Shown here piece after piece: positions 1-12,100 of a stretch of DNA of 64,000 nucleotides. Positions within the stretch are counted from its first letter, which is position 1. Each line of letters begins with the position of its first letter. Under the pieces are notes generated by a model, which worked only from the letters and a program-made list of their open reading frames with translations, did not search any database and had not been told where the DNA came from. The position numbers were made by a program, and so were the translations under genes. The DNA is taken from assembly GCA_036397015.1 (NCBI GenBank), contig DASWJT010000008.1:21074-85073 (forward strand). The letters are read 5' to 3'. The DNA is from Thermoanaerobaculia bacterium. GTDB taxonomy: Bacteria > Acidobacteriota > Thermoanaerobaculia > Multivoradales > JAGPDF01.

Positions 1-848
1 CCCGAAGCGGCGTAGGCGAGGAGCGTCCGATCCGGCGAGAGCGCGGGGAAGTAGAGGTACCGTTTCGCTTCCGGCAAGCGGGGATCGTTCTTGCGCACGA
101 GCGTGCGCGTCTCGCGGCTCGCGAGGTCGACGACGTCGAGCGGCCCGCCGGCGCCGGCCACCCAGAGTCCGAGCTCGCCGTCGGCGGAGAAGACCGGCTC
201 GCAGCCGCCGAGCGGTGTCGAGAGGCGGAGACGGCCACTCTCCGGATCGCGCTCCGAGAAGCTCACCTCGCGCGACGTGGCGTGAGCGCCGCCCGGGGCG
301 ACGAGCCATCCCGCCTCGTCGGCGGGCTGCCGCAGCAGCACCTCGGACGTCCCGAGCGCGAGGTCGAGCTTGCGGGTGCTGCCATCGGCCGCGAGGAAGG
401 CGAGCTCGCTCGGACTCCACCAGACGAGAGCGCGGTGGTAGCCGATGTGGCGCGCGGTCTTCGACAGCGTGCGCTCGCCGTCGTCCGCGAGGCGTACGAG
501 GCGCAGCTCGCCGGGGACTGTCGCCGGCAGGTACTCCCGGCGCGACACCGGCATCGAGAGGTAGGCGAGGCGCTCGCCGTCAGGCGAGAGGCGGGCGCAG
601 CAGTGGTCGCGTCCCGGCTCCTCGGGCGAGAGCCGGCGCACGCCGCCGCCGTCGAGATCGCTGGTCCAGATCCGAAAGGCGCCGCTGCGGTTCGACTCCC
701 AGACGACGCGGCCGACTCCGACTTCGGTTGCCGCTCGGCGCGCGTCGGCGGCCGGCGCCTGGTCCGCCGGCGAGGGCGCGCAGGCGACGAGCGCGAGCGC
801 GGCGCCCGCAAGCAGTCGACGAAGGCGGCGAGCTGCAGAGGCGCGCAT
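1..848 (-). CDS. TolB/PD40-like beta-propeller lipoprotein (N-terminal part; 3' end lies beyond window start)
   Basis: Hand translation of the minus strand from ATG (cat at 846-848) gives MRASAARRLRRLLAGAALALVACAPS..., a signal peptide with a lipobox-like LVAC. It continues WESNRSGAFRIWTSDLDGG...LSPDGERLAYLS..., which are PD40/TolB-type repeats. It is absent from the ORF track because it runs off the window. Confidence 0.7.
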   Translation of the reverse strand, partial: MRASAARRLRRLLAGAALALVACAPSPADQAPAADARRAATEVGVGRVVWESNRSGAFRIWTSDLDGGGVRRLSPEEPGRDHCCARLSPDGERLAYLSMPVSRREYLPATVPGELRLVRLADDGERTLSKTARHIGYHRALVWWSPSELAFLAADGSTRKLDLALGTSEVLLRQPADEAGWLVAPGGAHATSREVSFSERDPESGRLRLSTPLGGCEPVFSADGELGLWVAGAGGPLDVVDLASRETRTLVRKNDPRLPEAKRYLYFPALSPDRTLLAYAAS

Positions 849-947
849 CGGCTCAGCGTACCGGAGAGGAGAAGATCGGGGACAGCCAGCCTCTCGCGGC
901 GCCGCTCCTTCACGATCCCTTCACACCCCTCGTCTATCATCAGCCGG

Positions 948-1607
948 GTGAAGCCCGTTCGCCACGTTCTCCTGATCGAAGACGATCCGAAGACCGCAGC
1001 GGCGATGGCGATGTACCTCGGCCACGCCGGCTACCGGACGGAGACCGCGCGGAGCGGTGACGAGGGCCTCGCGCGCGCTCGGCAGCAGAGACCGGACCTC
1101 GTCATCCTCGATCTCATGTTGCCGGGGATGAGCGGCTTCGAGGTCTGTCGCGCCCTGCGCCGCGAATCGGCGGTGCCCATCATCGTGCTCAGCGCGCGCG
1201 CGACCGAAGAGGACAAGCTGCGCGGCCTCACCCTCGGAGCGGACGACTACGTCGTGAAGCCGTTCAGCCCCCGCGAGGTCGTCGCCCGCGTGGCGGCGGT
1301 GCTGCGCCGCAGCCACGCGGTTCGGGAGGCCGGCGATCTCGTGCTCGACGCGGACGCTCACGAGGCGACCTTGCGTGGCGTGAAGGTTCCGCTGACGGCG
1401 GCGGAGTTCCGCCTCCTGGCGATGCTGCTCCGTTGGCCCGGCCGAGTCTTCACGCGCGACGAGCTGCTGCGCGACGCGGAGGCTCTGGATCGCACCGTCG
1501 ACGTCCACGTCAAGAACCTCCGCCGCAAGATCGAGGACGATCCCGCGAATCCGCGATGCATCGTCACCGTCTTCGGCGTCGGCTACAAGTACGTGGCCGC
1601 GCGATGA
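948..1607 (+). CDS. OmpR/PhoB-family two-component response regulator
   Basis: This is the 3' part of ORF 282..1607. An in-frame GTG at 948 gives VKPVRHVLLIEDDPK...DLVILDLMLPGMSG (receiver domain) and a winged-helix C-terminus ...VDVHVKNLRRKIE...FGVGYKY. The upstream part of the ORF is Arg/Ala-rich read-through. Confidence 0.9.
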   Translation: MKPVRHVLLIEDDPKTAAAMAMYLGHAGYRTETARSGDEGLARARQQRPDLVILDLMLPGMSGFEVCRALRRESAVPIIVLSARATEEDKLRGLTLGADDYVVKPFSPREVVARVAAVLRRSHAVREAGDLVLDADAHEATLRGVKVPLTAAEFRLLAMLLRWPGRVFTRDELLRDAEALDRTVDVHVKNLRRKIEDDPANPRCIVTVFGVGYKYVAAR

Positions 1608-2896
1608 ATCGCATCCGATGGAAGCTGCTCGTGGCGATGATCGCCGTCGTGTCGGTGACGCTCGGGCTGTCGGCGCTCTTCACCCGCGAGTTCACGCTCG
1701 AAGAGGTCCGCCGGCTCGTCGTCGCGCAGGGCGGCCCCCCGGACGTGCGGCCGCTCGACGACCACTACCGCGCGCACGGCAGCTGGAACGGTGTCGAGGC
1801 GGCGCTCGACCAGGTGCGGGCGCGCGTCGTGCTGGCGACCGGGGAGCGACGCGTGATCGCCGTTTCGAGGCAGCTCCGCGCCATGTCGATCGAGCTCGGG
1901 GCGGACGACCGGCTCGTCATCACTGGTCGCGGGACCCGGATCGTCGTCCAGCTTCCGGCGGTCCCCGTCGGCGACGCCTTCGCGTACGTCCTGCCCGAAC
2001 GCGAGCCGATGCAGAGCGTCGCCGCGCTCGATCGCCGGCTGGTCCTCACCTTCGTGACGGCGACGCTCGTCGCGATCGGGCTCGCCTACCTCGTCTCGCG
2101 CCGAATCACCGGCCCGATGGAGCGCCTCACCGCCGCGGTCGACTCGACGGCGCGGGGCGCGGAGCCGGCGCACGTGCCGGTCTCCGGCGGCGACGAGGTG
2201 GCGCGGCTCGCCCGCTCTTTCAACGCGATGGCGGATGCGCTGAGCCGGCAACGGGAGCTGCGCCGGCGCATGGTCGTCGACGTGGCGCACGAGCTGCGCA
2301 CGCCGCTGACCAATCTCCGCTGCGAGCTCGAGGCGATCCAGGACGGCCTGGCCGCTCCGGACTCCTCGCGCATCGCGTCCCTTCTCGACGAAGTCCTCCA
2401 CCTCCAGCACGTCGTCGGCGACCTGCAGGAGCTCGCCCTCGCCGACGCCGGCGGGCTGCAGCTGCGCCGCGAGCGCATCGAGCTGGGGGCGACCGTCGCC
2501 CGGATCGTCGATGCCTGCGCCGCCTCGCGGCGCGTCGAGCTCGAGGTGGAGGCGGTGCACGTTCTCGCCGATCCGGTCCGCATCGGCCAGATCGTCCGCA
2601 ACCTCCTCGATAACGCGCTCCGCCACGCGCGGAGCGCCATCCACGTGCGTGTGGCGCGCGGCGAGAGCGAGGCCATCGTGTCGGTCGCGGACGACGGGGA
2701 GGGCATCCCGGCCGACGAGCTGGCCGCGGTCTTCGAAAGGTTCTATCGCGTCGACGACGCACGCGAGCGAGCGGCCGGCGGAGCGGGGCTCGGCCTCGCG
2801 ATCGTCAAACAGCTGGTGGAGGCCCACGGCGGCCGCGTATGGGCGGAGAACGCTCCGTGCGGCGGCGCGGTGATCACGCTCGCCCTTCCTTCATGA
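1604..2896 (+). CDS. Sensor histidine kinase (TM-HAMP-HisKA-HATPase)
   Basis: ATG at 1604 overlaps the regulator stop (ATGA). The product starts MNRIRWKLLVAMIAVVSVTL (TM segment). It has an H-box VAHELRTPLT, an N-box LLDNALRHA, G1 DDGEGIP and G2 GGAGLGLAIV. Confidence 0.9.
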   Translation: MNRIRWKLLVAMIAVVSVTLGLSALFTREFTLEEVRRLVVAQGGPPDVRPLDDHYRAHGSWNGVEAALDQVRARVVLATGERRVIAVSRQLRAMSIELGADDRLVITGRGTRIVVQLPAVPVGDAFAYVLPEREPMQSVAALDRRLVLTFVTATLVAIGLAYLVSRRITGPMERLTAAVDSTARGAEPAHVPVSGGDEVARLARSFNAMADALSRQRELRRRMVVDVAHELRTPLTNLRCELEAIQDGLAAPDSSRIASLLDEVLHLQHVVGDLQELALADAGGLQLRRERIELGATVARIVDACAASRRVELEVEAVHVLADPVRIGQIVRNLLDNALRHARSAIHVRVARGESEAIVSVADDGEGIPADELAAVFERFYRVDDARERAAGGAGLGLAIVKQLVEAHGGRVWAENAPCGGAVITLALPS

Positions 2897-2929
2897 GCGC
2901 TTCACAACTGGGCGCTACGCTGCGGCGCC

Positions 2930-4864
2930 ATGAAGAACGCACACGGGATCGTTTCGCTGCCGCTCGTCGCACTGATGCAGGTTGCGTTCCTCTTGCCGGC
3001 CGGCGTCGCGGCACAGGAGCGGCGCCGCGTGATCGTCGGCGGACCCGAGGACGCGCCGGCCGACTGGCCGCAACCGCAGATCCGTGAAGGGCTGACGCGC
3101 GACGAGATCGTGAGCTCGATCGCGGGCTACGTCGAAGAGTTGGCCGCCGCGGATCGCTTCTCCGGTGTCGTGCTGGTGGCGAACGCGGGCGAGACGCTCC
3201 TCGCCCGCGCCTGGGGCATGGCGAACGAGCACGAGAAGAACACGCTCGACACCAAGTTCAACATCGGATCGATCAACAAGGTCCTGACGAGAAAGGCGAT
3301 CGAGCAGCTCGCGGACGCCGGCAGGCTCGACCTCGACGACACGCTGCGCGAGCACCTCCCGGACTATCCGGCACCGGCCGCCGATCGCATCACGCTTCGA
3401 CAGCTGCTCGAGCAGCGCTCGGGCCTCGGGGACTTCTTCGGTCCGAAGTACGTCGGCGCGCCGCCGTCGAGTCTGCGCGAGCTCTCCGATTTCCTCCCCC
3501 TCTTCGTCGACGAGCCGCTGCGCTTCGAGCCCGGCACCTCGCAGCGTTACTCCAACGCCGGCTACGTCGTCCTCGGCCTCGTCGTCGAGCGCGTCAGCGG
3601 CCAGCGCTATCGCGACTACGTGCGCGACCAGATCTTCGCGCCGGCCGGCATGCAGAACAGTGGCTTCTGGGCGCGCGACGAGGAGGTCGCCCGTCGCGCG
3701 ACGGGGTACACCCTGCGCGGACCCGTCGGCCCGCTGCCGAAGCGCGTGCCGAACGACGACACGCTGCCCGGCCGCCCGTCGTCGGCGGGCGGCGCGTACA
3801 CGACGGTCGGCGATCTGCTGCGGCTCTTTCGCTGGCTCGGGGAGACCGAGATCGGAGTCGGCGGCGGTGCGCCGGGCCTGAACGCGGTGGTGGAGATCGA
3901 GGGCGGATGGACGGTGATCGCGCTGTCGAACTACGACCCGCCGTCGGCGGAGGCGCTGGGTCGAGGCGCGATGGCCCTCACCGGCGCGCGCCGCGAGGAG
4001 GCCGAGAACGGCCCGCCCACGGCGCCGGAGCGGACGGAGCTGTCGGGGGCGGTCGCCGTGCCGGTGGCGCCGATGGGTCATCTCCTCGCCGTCGAGGCCA
4101 GGGTCGAGGGCAGGGGCCCCTATCGCTTCGTCGTCGACAGCGGGGCCGCGGGCCTGATGCGGGTGAGCCCCGAGCTGGCCGAGGCGCTCGGCCTCGAGGA
4201 GATCGGCAAGGCGCTCTCCGGCGATCCGAGCGGCGCGAACGTCGTCGAGGTGCCGGTCGTGCGCATCGAATCGGTCGAGATCGGCGGCGCGCGGTTCGGC
4301 GGCGTCGTGGCGAGCGTCGGCGGCCGCCTCGATTCGCTCGCTGCGGACGGCGTCGTCGGGCTCGGGCTCTTTTCTGGGTTGACGATGACGCTCGACTACC
4401 GGCGGCTCGAGCTGCGCCTGTCGCGCCAGCCGCTGCCGGCCGGCGACGCGCACGTCGTCGCGTTCACCAGCGCCCGCGGCGTGCCAGAGATCGAGATCCA
4501 GGCCGGCGGCGTGATCCTCCGGGCCGACGTCGACACGGGCAGCCCGGCGCTCCTCAGCGTTCCCCCGACGGCCGGCCTTCCGCTGCGCGGCGAGCTGCGG
4601 GTCGTCGGTCGCGGGCGGACGTCGACCAACGAGTTCGAGATCCGCGCCGCCGAGCTCGACGGCGAGCTGCGCGTCGCGGGCTGGACGGTGCCGAACCCGA
4701 CGATCGACGTCGTCGATCTCTTCCCCGTCGCGAACATCGGCGCGCGCTTCCTGCGCGAGTACGCGGTGACCTTCGACCTGGCGCACGGAAGAATCGCGCT
4801 GGCGAAGGAAACCGAAGGACCCGCCGCGCCGCCGCGCCGCGCCGACGCCGGCGCGGGCCCGTAG
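2930..4864 (+). CDS. Secreted serine hydrolase (beta-lactamase/esterase fold) fused to two retropepsin-like aspartic protease domains
   Basis: The 644-aa ORF has an N-terminal signal-like segment. It carries SxxK (GSINKV, near 3269-3280) and YxN (YSNAGY). The C-terminal half has two D-S/T-G motifs (FVVDSGAAG near 4135; DVDTGSPA near 4530). Confidence 0.85.
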   Translation: MKNAHGIVSLPLVALMQVAFLLPAGVAAQERRRVIVGGPEDAPADWPQPQIREGLTRDEIVSSIAGYVEELAAADRFSGVVLVANAGETLLARAWGMANEHEKNTLDTKFNIGSINKVLTRKAIEQLADAGRLDLDDTLREHLPDYPAPAADRITLRQLLEQRSGLGDFFGPKYVGAPPSSLRELSDFLPLFVDEPLRFEPGTSQRYSNAGYVVLGLVVERVSGQRYRDYVRDQIFAPAGMQNSGFWARDEEVARRATGYTLRGPVGPLPKRVPNDDTLPGRPSSAGGAYTTVGDLLRLFRWLGETEIGVGGGAPGLNAVVEIEGGWTVIALSNYDPPSAEALGRGAMALTGARREEAENGPPTAPERTELSGAVAVPVAPMGHLLAVEARVEGRGPYRFVVDSGAAGLMRVSPELAEALGLEEIGKALSGDPSGANVVEVPVVRIESVEIGGARFGGVVASVGGRLDSLAADGVVGLGLFSGLTMTLDYRRLELRLSRQPLPAGDAHVVAFTSARGVPEIEIQAGGVILRADVDTGSPALLSVPPTAGLPLRGELRVVGRGRTSTNEFEIRAAELDGELRVAGWTVPNPTIDVVDLFPVANIGARFLREYAVTFDLAHGRIALAKETEGPAAPPRRADAGAGP

Positions 4865-4866
4865 CT

Positions 4867-6438
4867 TCAGTCGTCGCCGCTCGCGGCGAGCGCGAGACGG
4901 TTGCGACCGCTCTGCTTGGCGAGATAGAGCGCGGCGTCGGCGGCGCGAACCAGCCCCTCGGCGCCGTCGTCGCGGGTGGGGACGGCGGCGGCGGCGCCGA
5001 AGCTCGCGGTGACGACCGGGGCGACGGGCGAGGCCGGATGCGGGATCGCGAGGTGCAGGATCTCGCCGCGCAGCGCCTCGACGAACGAACGCGCCGTCTC
5101 GAGGTCGGCGTCGTGGAGGAGAACGGCGAACTCCTCGCCGCCGAAGCGCGCGGCGAGGTCTCCGGCGCGTTTCACCTTGCCCGCCAGCAGCGCGCCGAAG
5201 CGTTGCAGGCAGGCGTCTCCGGCGGGGTGGCCGAGGCTGTCGTTGTACGCCTTGAAGCAATCGACGTCGAGGAGCACGAGCGCGAGCGATCGGCTGGCAC
5301 GCAGCTGCCGGCGCCACTCGAGCGCGAGCGCGGCGTCGAAGCGGCGGCGGTTGGCGATACCGGTAAGCGCGTCGACGAGGGAGAGCCGCTCGAGCTCGGC
5401 GTTGGCCGTGGAGAGCAGGCGCGTCGCCTCGCTCAAGCGGCGGTTGAGGAGCGCCAGGCGGATCGCTCCGGCGACCTGCGCCGCGACCAGCGCCACCAGC
5501 TCGCGCAGCTCGGCGGTGAAGACGCCGGCGCGGTCGCTCTCGACGTTGATGGCGCCGAGGGCGCGGCCCTCGAAGACGATCGGCGCCACCAGCTCGCAGA
5601 CGACGCGGTCGTCGACGGCGAAGTAGTCGGGATCGGCGGCGACGTCGAGCACCAGCTGCTCGCTCCCGCTGCGGATGGCGCGGCCGACGACGCCGCGGTC
5701 CACCGGCCAGCGCTCCGGCGTCTGCAGCGCCGCCGGCTCGCGCAGCGCGAAAGCGCGGTGGCTCCACTCGCGGTGACCCTCGTCGGCGACGACGATGGCG
5801 ACGAGGTGGAAGTCGAGACGGTCGCGCAGGAAGGAAGCGATGCGCGCCAGCGCGCGGTCGAGGTCTTGCGCCTCGAGCGCGGCGCGGGTGACGGCGGCGA
5901 GAGTGTCGAGAATGGCGGCGCGGCGGCCGACCTCCTCGAGGTGGCGGGCGCTCGCCACCGGCCCGGCGAGTTGACCGGCGATCGCCTCGACCAGGGGCAA
6001 TGCGCCGCGGAAGGCGGCGGGGCGCGGGCTCTCGAGGTTGAGCACGGCGAGCACTTCGCCGCGATGACGGATCGGCGCGCAGAGCTCGGAGCTGATACCG
6101 CCGCGGGTGTCGACGAAGTCGGCGAAGGTCGTGACGTCGTCGATCACCACCGGCTCGCCGCTCGCCGCCACGCGGCCGACGACGCCACTGCCGAAGGGGC
6201 GGCTGTAGCCGGGGTGCACGTCGGTCTCCACCCGGCTGGTACACGCCTCGCAGACGAAGCGCCGCGCGGCGGCATCGACGCGCACCAGTGCGACGAGCTC
6301 CCAGCCGAGCTCCTCGACGAGCGCGTCGGTGACGCGCTGCATCATCGGCCGTAGCTCGAGGTCCTCGGTCGCCAGTCGCGCCAGGCGCGCCAGCAGCTCG
6401 AGCTCCCGGGCGCGTGCCCGCCGTCCGCGGGTCGTCAT
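4867..6438 (-). CDS. GAF-domain diguanylate cyclase (GGDEF)
   Basis: This lies within ORF 4867..6687. The ATG at 6438 (MTTRGRRARARELELLARLA...) precedes two GAF-like segments and a C-terminal GGDEF domain (DALTGIANRRRFD...RFGGEEFAVLL...YLAKQSGRNR). Confidence 0.85.
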   Translation of the reverse strand: MTTRGRRARARELELLARLARLATEDLELRPMMQRVTDALVEELGWELVALVRVDAAARRFVCEACTSRVETDVHPGYSRPFGSGVVGRVAASGEPVVIDDVTTFADFVDTRGGISSELCAPIRHRGEVLAVLNLESPRPAAFRGALPLVEAIAGQLAGPVASARHLEEVGRRAAILDTLAAVTRAALEAQDLDRALARIASFLRDRLDFHLVAIVVADEGHREWSHRAFALREPAALQTPERWPVDRGVVGRAIRSGSEQLVLDVAADPDYFAVDDRVVCELVAPIVFEGRALGAINVESDRAGVFTAELRELVALVAAQVAGAIRLALLNRRLSEATRLLSTANAELERLSLVDALTGIANRRRFDAALALEWRRQLRASRSLALVLLDVDCFKAYNDSLGHPAGDACLQRFGALLAGKVKRAGDLAARFGGEEFAVLLHDADLETARSFVEALRGEILHLAIPHPASPVAPVVTASFGAAAAVPTRDDGAEGLVRAADAALYLAKQSGRNRLALAASGDD

Positions 6439-6470
6439 CTCATCGGGAGTGTACGCGGGCTCTCCGCGGC

Positions 6471-8234
<1,764 letters not shown>

Positions 8235-8270
8235 CGAGAGAAGTGTACCGCTGATAGGCTGCCGCCGCCC

Positions 8271-9149
8271 TTGATCGCCTGGCCTCCGGCTCTCGCCGTC
8301 GCGCTCGCGGCCGCTTTCGGTTGGGCGGTCTTCGATCTGTTGCGCCGCTTCCTGACTCCGCGCATGAGCGCCTGGGCGCTGGTGGTCTGGGTGACGGTGC
8401 CGGCGCTGCCGCTGGTCGCCGTCTGGGCGTGGCGGGAAGGCGACTGGCGGATCGAGGGCGGCTACTTCGCTCCGGGGCTCGCCTCGGTGGCGCTCAATGT
8501 CGCCGCCAACTTCGCCTACTTCAAGTCGTTCCAGCTCTCGCCGATCTCGGTCACGCTGCCGATGCTGTCGCTGACGCCGGTCTTCTCGTCGCTGCTCGGC
8601 GTCCTCTTCCTCGCGGAATCGGTGGGCCCGCGCGCGGGCGGCGGCATCTTCCTCGTCGTGGCGGGGGCGTTCGCGCTCTCGACGTCGCTCTCGCGCATCG
8701 CCGGACGTCGGCGGCTGGGCGTCGAGACGGGCAGCCTGGTGATGGGCTTCGTCGCTCTCTGCTGGTCGGCGACGCTGCTTCTCGACAAGCTCGCGCTCGG
8801 CCACGCGAGCGCCCCGGTGCACGCCCTCGTCCTCTTCGCCGGTACGGCGGCGGGGGCCTGCGTCGCGCTCGCCGCGTCGGGTCGGCTGCACGATCTCGGC
8901 GGCGTGCGCGGCAGCGCCGGTCTGGTGGTGCTCTCGGTGTCCTGCGGTGCCCTCGCGCTGGGCGGCCAGCTGGTGGCGATCCAGAGCCTGCAGATCGGCC
9001 TCGTGGAGACGCTCAAGCGCGGCGTGGGCGGCGTCCTCGCGGTGGTCTGGGGGCGCGCCTTCTTCGGCGAGCCGATCCTGCTGCGCCGGGTCGTGGCGGT
9101 GGCGCTGCTCGTCCTCGGCGTGGCGCTCATCCTGGTGCCCGCGCGATGA
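8271..9149 (+). CDS. EamA/DMT-family transporter (about 10 TM)
   Basis: Only the C-terminal 292 codons of the 911-aa ORF 6414..9149 look real: LIAWPPALAVALAAAFGWAVF... and repeated hydrophobic helices. I place the start at the in-frame TTG 8271. ATG 8364 is an alternative but would remove TM1. Confidence 0.7.
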   Translation: MIAWPPALAVALAAAFGWAVFDLLRRFLTPRMSAWALVVWVTVPALPLVAVWAWREGDWRIEGGYFAPGLASVALNVAANFAYFKSFQLSPISVTLPMLSLTPVFSSLLGVLFLAESVGPRAGGGIFLVVAGAFALSTSLSRIAGRRRLGVETGSLVMGFVALCWSATLLLDKLALGHASAPVHALVLFAGTAAGACVALAASGRLHDLGGVRGSAGLVVLSVSCGALALGGQLVAIQSLQIGLVETLKRGVGGVLAVVWGRAFFGEPILLRRVVAVALLVLGVALILVPAR

Positions 9150-12100
9150 AGCGGAGGCTGGCCGGCTGGGCGCGCGCGGCCGCGCTCGCGACGCTCGCCG
9201 CGGGGCGAACAGACCTCGTCACCGCGAGCCCGCCCTCGGTGGCGGCGGGTGACCCGATCCGCGCCAGCGACCCGTTCGTGCGCGTCTACCGCGACTCGGA
9301 CGGCCTGCCGCAGAACACCGTGCACGCGCTGGCGCTCGACGCCAGCGGCTATCTGTGGGCCGGTACGCAGGACGGCCTGGCGCGCTACGACGGCCGCGCC
9401 TGGCGGCGCGAGAGCCCGCCCGCGGTGAACGGAGCGCTGTTTGTCAGAGACCTCCTCGCCGCGGCGGACGGCGCGCTGTGGGTGGCGACGCAGGCGCACG
9501 GTCTGCTCCTCTACTCGGACGGCGTCTGGCGCGAAGTACCGGCCGTTCCCGCCGAGCTCGTCCGCCAGCGGATCAACGCGCTCGCCGAGACCGGCGCCGG
9601 CAGCGCCCGCACGCTCTGGGTGGGCACCCACGACCGCGGGCTCTTCGCCTACTCGGCCTCCGGCTGGCGGCGGATCGACGAGGCGCAGGGCCTGCCGTCT
9701 TCGCGCGTCTGGTCGCTCGCGCCCGACGGCGCGTCGCGGCTGTGGATCGGGACGCAGCGCGGCGTGGCCTCCGTCGATCCGGCCGAGGGCGTCATCGCGC
9801 GGCCGCCGGGCGCGCCGCTCGCGTCGGTCAGCAGCCTCGAAGTGACGCGCGAGCACGGCGGTGCGGTCCTCTGGGTCGGGACCTACGGCGACGGGCTGCA
9901 CCGGCTCGACGCGTCGGGTTGGACCCGTCTCGGCGAGACGGACGGGCTGCCGTCGCTGTTCGTCACCGATCTCGCTCGCCGCGTCGACGATCCGGACGAG
10001 GTGTGGATCGCGACCGACGGCGGCGGGCTGGCATGGGCGGACGCTCGCACGCTCGAGCTCTTCGAGGTCGGGCCGCAGTTCGCTTCGCGAGCCGCCTACC
10101 GCCTCCTCGAGACGACCGAGGCCGAGGGCGGCGAGGCGCTGTGGGTCGGCACGCGCAACGGCGGGCTGCTGCGGGTCACGGAGCGACTCTGGCGGACGCT
10201 GCGACCGCCCACCGACTCCCCGTCGCCGGTCTCGGCGCTGCTCGTCGCCTCTTCGGATGCCGGCGAGGACGAGCTCTGGGTCGGCACCGACGGCGACGGC
10301 CTGGCGCTCTGGCGCGGCGGCGAGTGGCGGCGGTTCGACCGCGCTGCCGGCGAGCTGTCGGAGGATGTCGTGCTGGCGCTGCTCGCGACGAGCGACCTGG
10401 GTGGCGGCCGCCGGGTCTGGGTCGGCACGCGCAACGGCGGCCTCGATGTCTGGAACGGCTCGGCCTGGACGCGGCACGACGCCGCGAGCGGCGCCCTGCC
10501 CAGCGACCTGGTGCAGGCGTTGGCAGAGGTGCCGACGGCGACGGGGTCGAGCGAGCTCTGGGTGGGCACACGAGAGGGGCTTGCCCTCTTCGACGGCAGC
10601 GCGTGGAGCCGTCCCGCCGCGGCCGGCGGCTGGCCATCGAGCTCGATCCTCGCCCTCGAAGTCGACCGCGACGTGGCGCCGCCGGCGGTGTGGATCGGCA
10701 CCTCGGAAGGACTCTGGCGGGCGCAGCGGGGGAGCCTCCGGCAGTGGCGCGTCGAGGACGGCCTGCCGCATCCCTCCGTGCAGGCGCTGCACTTGCGCCG
10801 GGCCGCGAGGGGCCGGCGCGAGCTCTGGATCGGCACCGACGGCGGCGGGCTCGCGCTGCTCGATCCCGATCGGCCCGACGTCCCGGTGCGGGTGGCGCCC
10901 GATCCGGCCGTGCCGGAGCTCGCCAATCCGGTCGTTTACGCCCTGGTCGAGGACCGCAACGGCCACCTCTACGCGTCGACGAATCAGGGAGTGAGCCGCT
11001 TCCGCTCGGGCGTCGAGGGCGGCGTCGTCGAGCGCGAGGACTTCCTCGTCTTCCACGGTCTGCCGGTGCACCAGGGCAGCCGGGGCGCGGCGGCGGTCGA
11101 CGAGCGGGGCCGGGTGTGGATCGGCACCGTCGGCGGCGTCGCGGTGCTCGATCCGCAGCGCGAGCGGCGCGACACGACGCCGAACCGCGTGCTGCTCGAA
11201 GCGAGGCTGCCGCGAGCGGAGGACGCGCCGCTGCGCCTCGGCGCCAGCGTGCCGGCCGCGGCGGCGGAGATCGTCTTCACCTATCGTCTGCTGTCGTTCG
11301 TCGGCGAGCCGCTGACGCGCTTCCGCACCGAGCTCGCGGGCGGCGACGGAGAGATGTCGGAGTGGTCGGCCGTCGCCGAGCGGACCATCGCCGGCCTGGC
11401 GCCGGGCGACTACGTCTTTCGCGTCTGGGGACGCGACGCGGCGGGCAACGTCTCGCACCCCGCCGCGCTCGAGTTCCGGGTGGCGCCGAGCTTCTGGCAG
11501 CGGCTCTGGGTGAGGTCGCTGGGCGGGCTCGCGCTGCTCGGCGCCGTCGCCGCCTCCGCGCACTGGCGAGTGCGGGTGCACCAGCGGCGAGCACGTCTTC
11601 TCGAGCAGACGGTCGCCGAGCGCACCGCGCAGCTGGCGAAGGCGAACGAGCTGCTGGCACGACTGTCGTTCCTCGATCCCGTGACCGGCATCGCCAATCG
11701 CCGGCGCTTCGACGAGACGCTCGAGTCGGAGTGGCGGCGCGCCGTGCGACTGGGGACGCCGCTCGCCCTCGTCATGATCGACATCGACGAGTTCAAGGCG
11801 CTCAACGACAGCTACGGCCATCCGCGCGGCGACGAGGTGCTGCGTGACGTTGCCGAGGTGCTCGGCGAGGGGTTGCCGCGCTCCGGCGACCTGCTCGCCC
11901 GTTTCGGCGGCGAGGAGTTCGCCGTCCTGCTGCCCGCCACCGACGTCGCGGGCGCGGCCGGCCTCGCCGAGGAGCTGCGCGCGCGTGTCGCCGCGGCGGG
12001 AATCGCGCACGGCGCCTCGCGGGTCGCCCCGCACCTGACGGTGAGCTGCGGCGTGGCGGCGGCGACACCGATCGCGACGACCGGTGCGAGCGCCCTCGTC

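Noticed and set aside
215-1060. Arg-rich plus-strand ORFs at the left edge (91..285, 215..1060, and the 5' part of 282..1607).
   Set aside because: They overlap the TolB-like gene on the opposite strand. Their translations (RRRRARARRP...) are not protein-like. Only the response-regulator part from 948 is real.
2915-6244. A 1109-aa minus-strand ORF. There are many similar long ORFs, e.g. 3907..6354 (+), 8516..12034 (-), 16799..18511 (-), 18429..20639 (-), 36815..39883 (-), 30639..32354 (-) and 48316..50205 (-).
   Set aside because: They lie antisense to, or out of frame with, genes that have unmistakable family signatures. Their translations are Arg/Ala/Gly/Pro- or Asp/Glu/Leu-rich low-complexity strings. 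These are typical shadow ORFs caused by stop-codon scarcity in ~70% GC DNA.
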